Below are positions 4,915 to 5,082 of a DNA stretch of 5,082 nt, piece after piece. Under the pieces are notes generated by a model that was given only the letters and a program-made list of their open reading frames with translations, had not been told where the DNA came from and did not search any database. The stretch is from the IMG/VR virus record IMGVR_UViG_2579778652_000011. The stretch is one strand, 5' to 3'. A program made the position numbers and the translations under genes. Numbering within the stretch: position 1 is the first letter of the stretch; every line of letters begins with the position of its first letter. The stretch is from a virus. Its lineage: Duplodnaviria; Heunggongvirae; Uroviricota; Caudoviricetes.

Positions 4915-5082
4915 TCAGAAAGCCGCTCCATAAGAACAACAGCAAGACAATAAATTGCCATTACAGCCGCAATAGCCAGCGCACATTTGAGAACCAGCAC
5001 GACAACCCCCTGTATTAGACGCACACCAGTCCTGATAAATATGTAGACTGGCCCCCTGAATCTCCAGACAACCAATATCACT
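4915..5082 (-). CDS. Possible 3' end of a gene entering from beyond the window (55 open codons, Cys-rich C-terminus)
   Basis: Minus-strand frame is open from 5082 to a TGA at 4917-4915. Translation ends ...QDWCASNTGGCRAGSQMCAGYCGCNGNLLSCCCSYGAAF. No start or Shine-Dalgarno is visible in the window, and an open frame of this length can occur by chance. Confidence 0.15.
   Translation of the reverse strand, partial: SDIGCLEIQGASLHIYQDWCASNTGGCRAGSQMCAGYCGCNGNLLSCCCSYGAAF

Noticed and set aside
1-5082. CRISPR arrays, tRNA or rRNA genes, insertion-sequence ends
   Set aside because: No regularly spaced direct repeats, no GC-rich cloverleaf-like segments, and no transposase-like ORF with terminal inverted repeats were seen.

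Overview
Read on the minus strand, positions 1-3630 are a lambdoid prophage late/nin segment; the right third is AT-rich non-phage-like DNA ending in a yeaR-like gene. Phage gene order (minus strand, high to low coordinate): DUF1367-like nin protein, YbcO-like DUF1364 protein, Q-type late antiterminator, a tR'-like terminator, an AT-rich moron encoding an unrecognised 189-aa three-TM membrane protein with a small convergent ORF at its 3' end, a second terminator, a non-lambda holin with a lambda-style MKM dual start, lambda-type endolysin R, and the 5' part of spanin Rz. To the right lie a candidate promoter, a 28-codon hydrophobic small ORF, a 61-bp composite palindrome, and a yeaR-like (DUF1971) gene carrying an NsrR-like operator and an intrinsic terminator. 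The best candidate for something undescribed is the membrane-protein moron in the Q-to-lysis cargo slot. All protein identifications are from reading the translations and recollection of family sequences; no database search was run.
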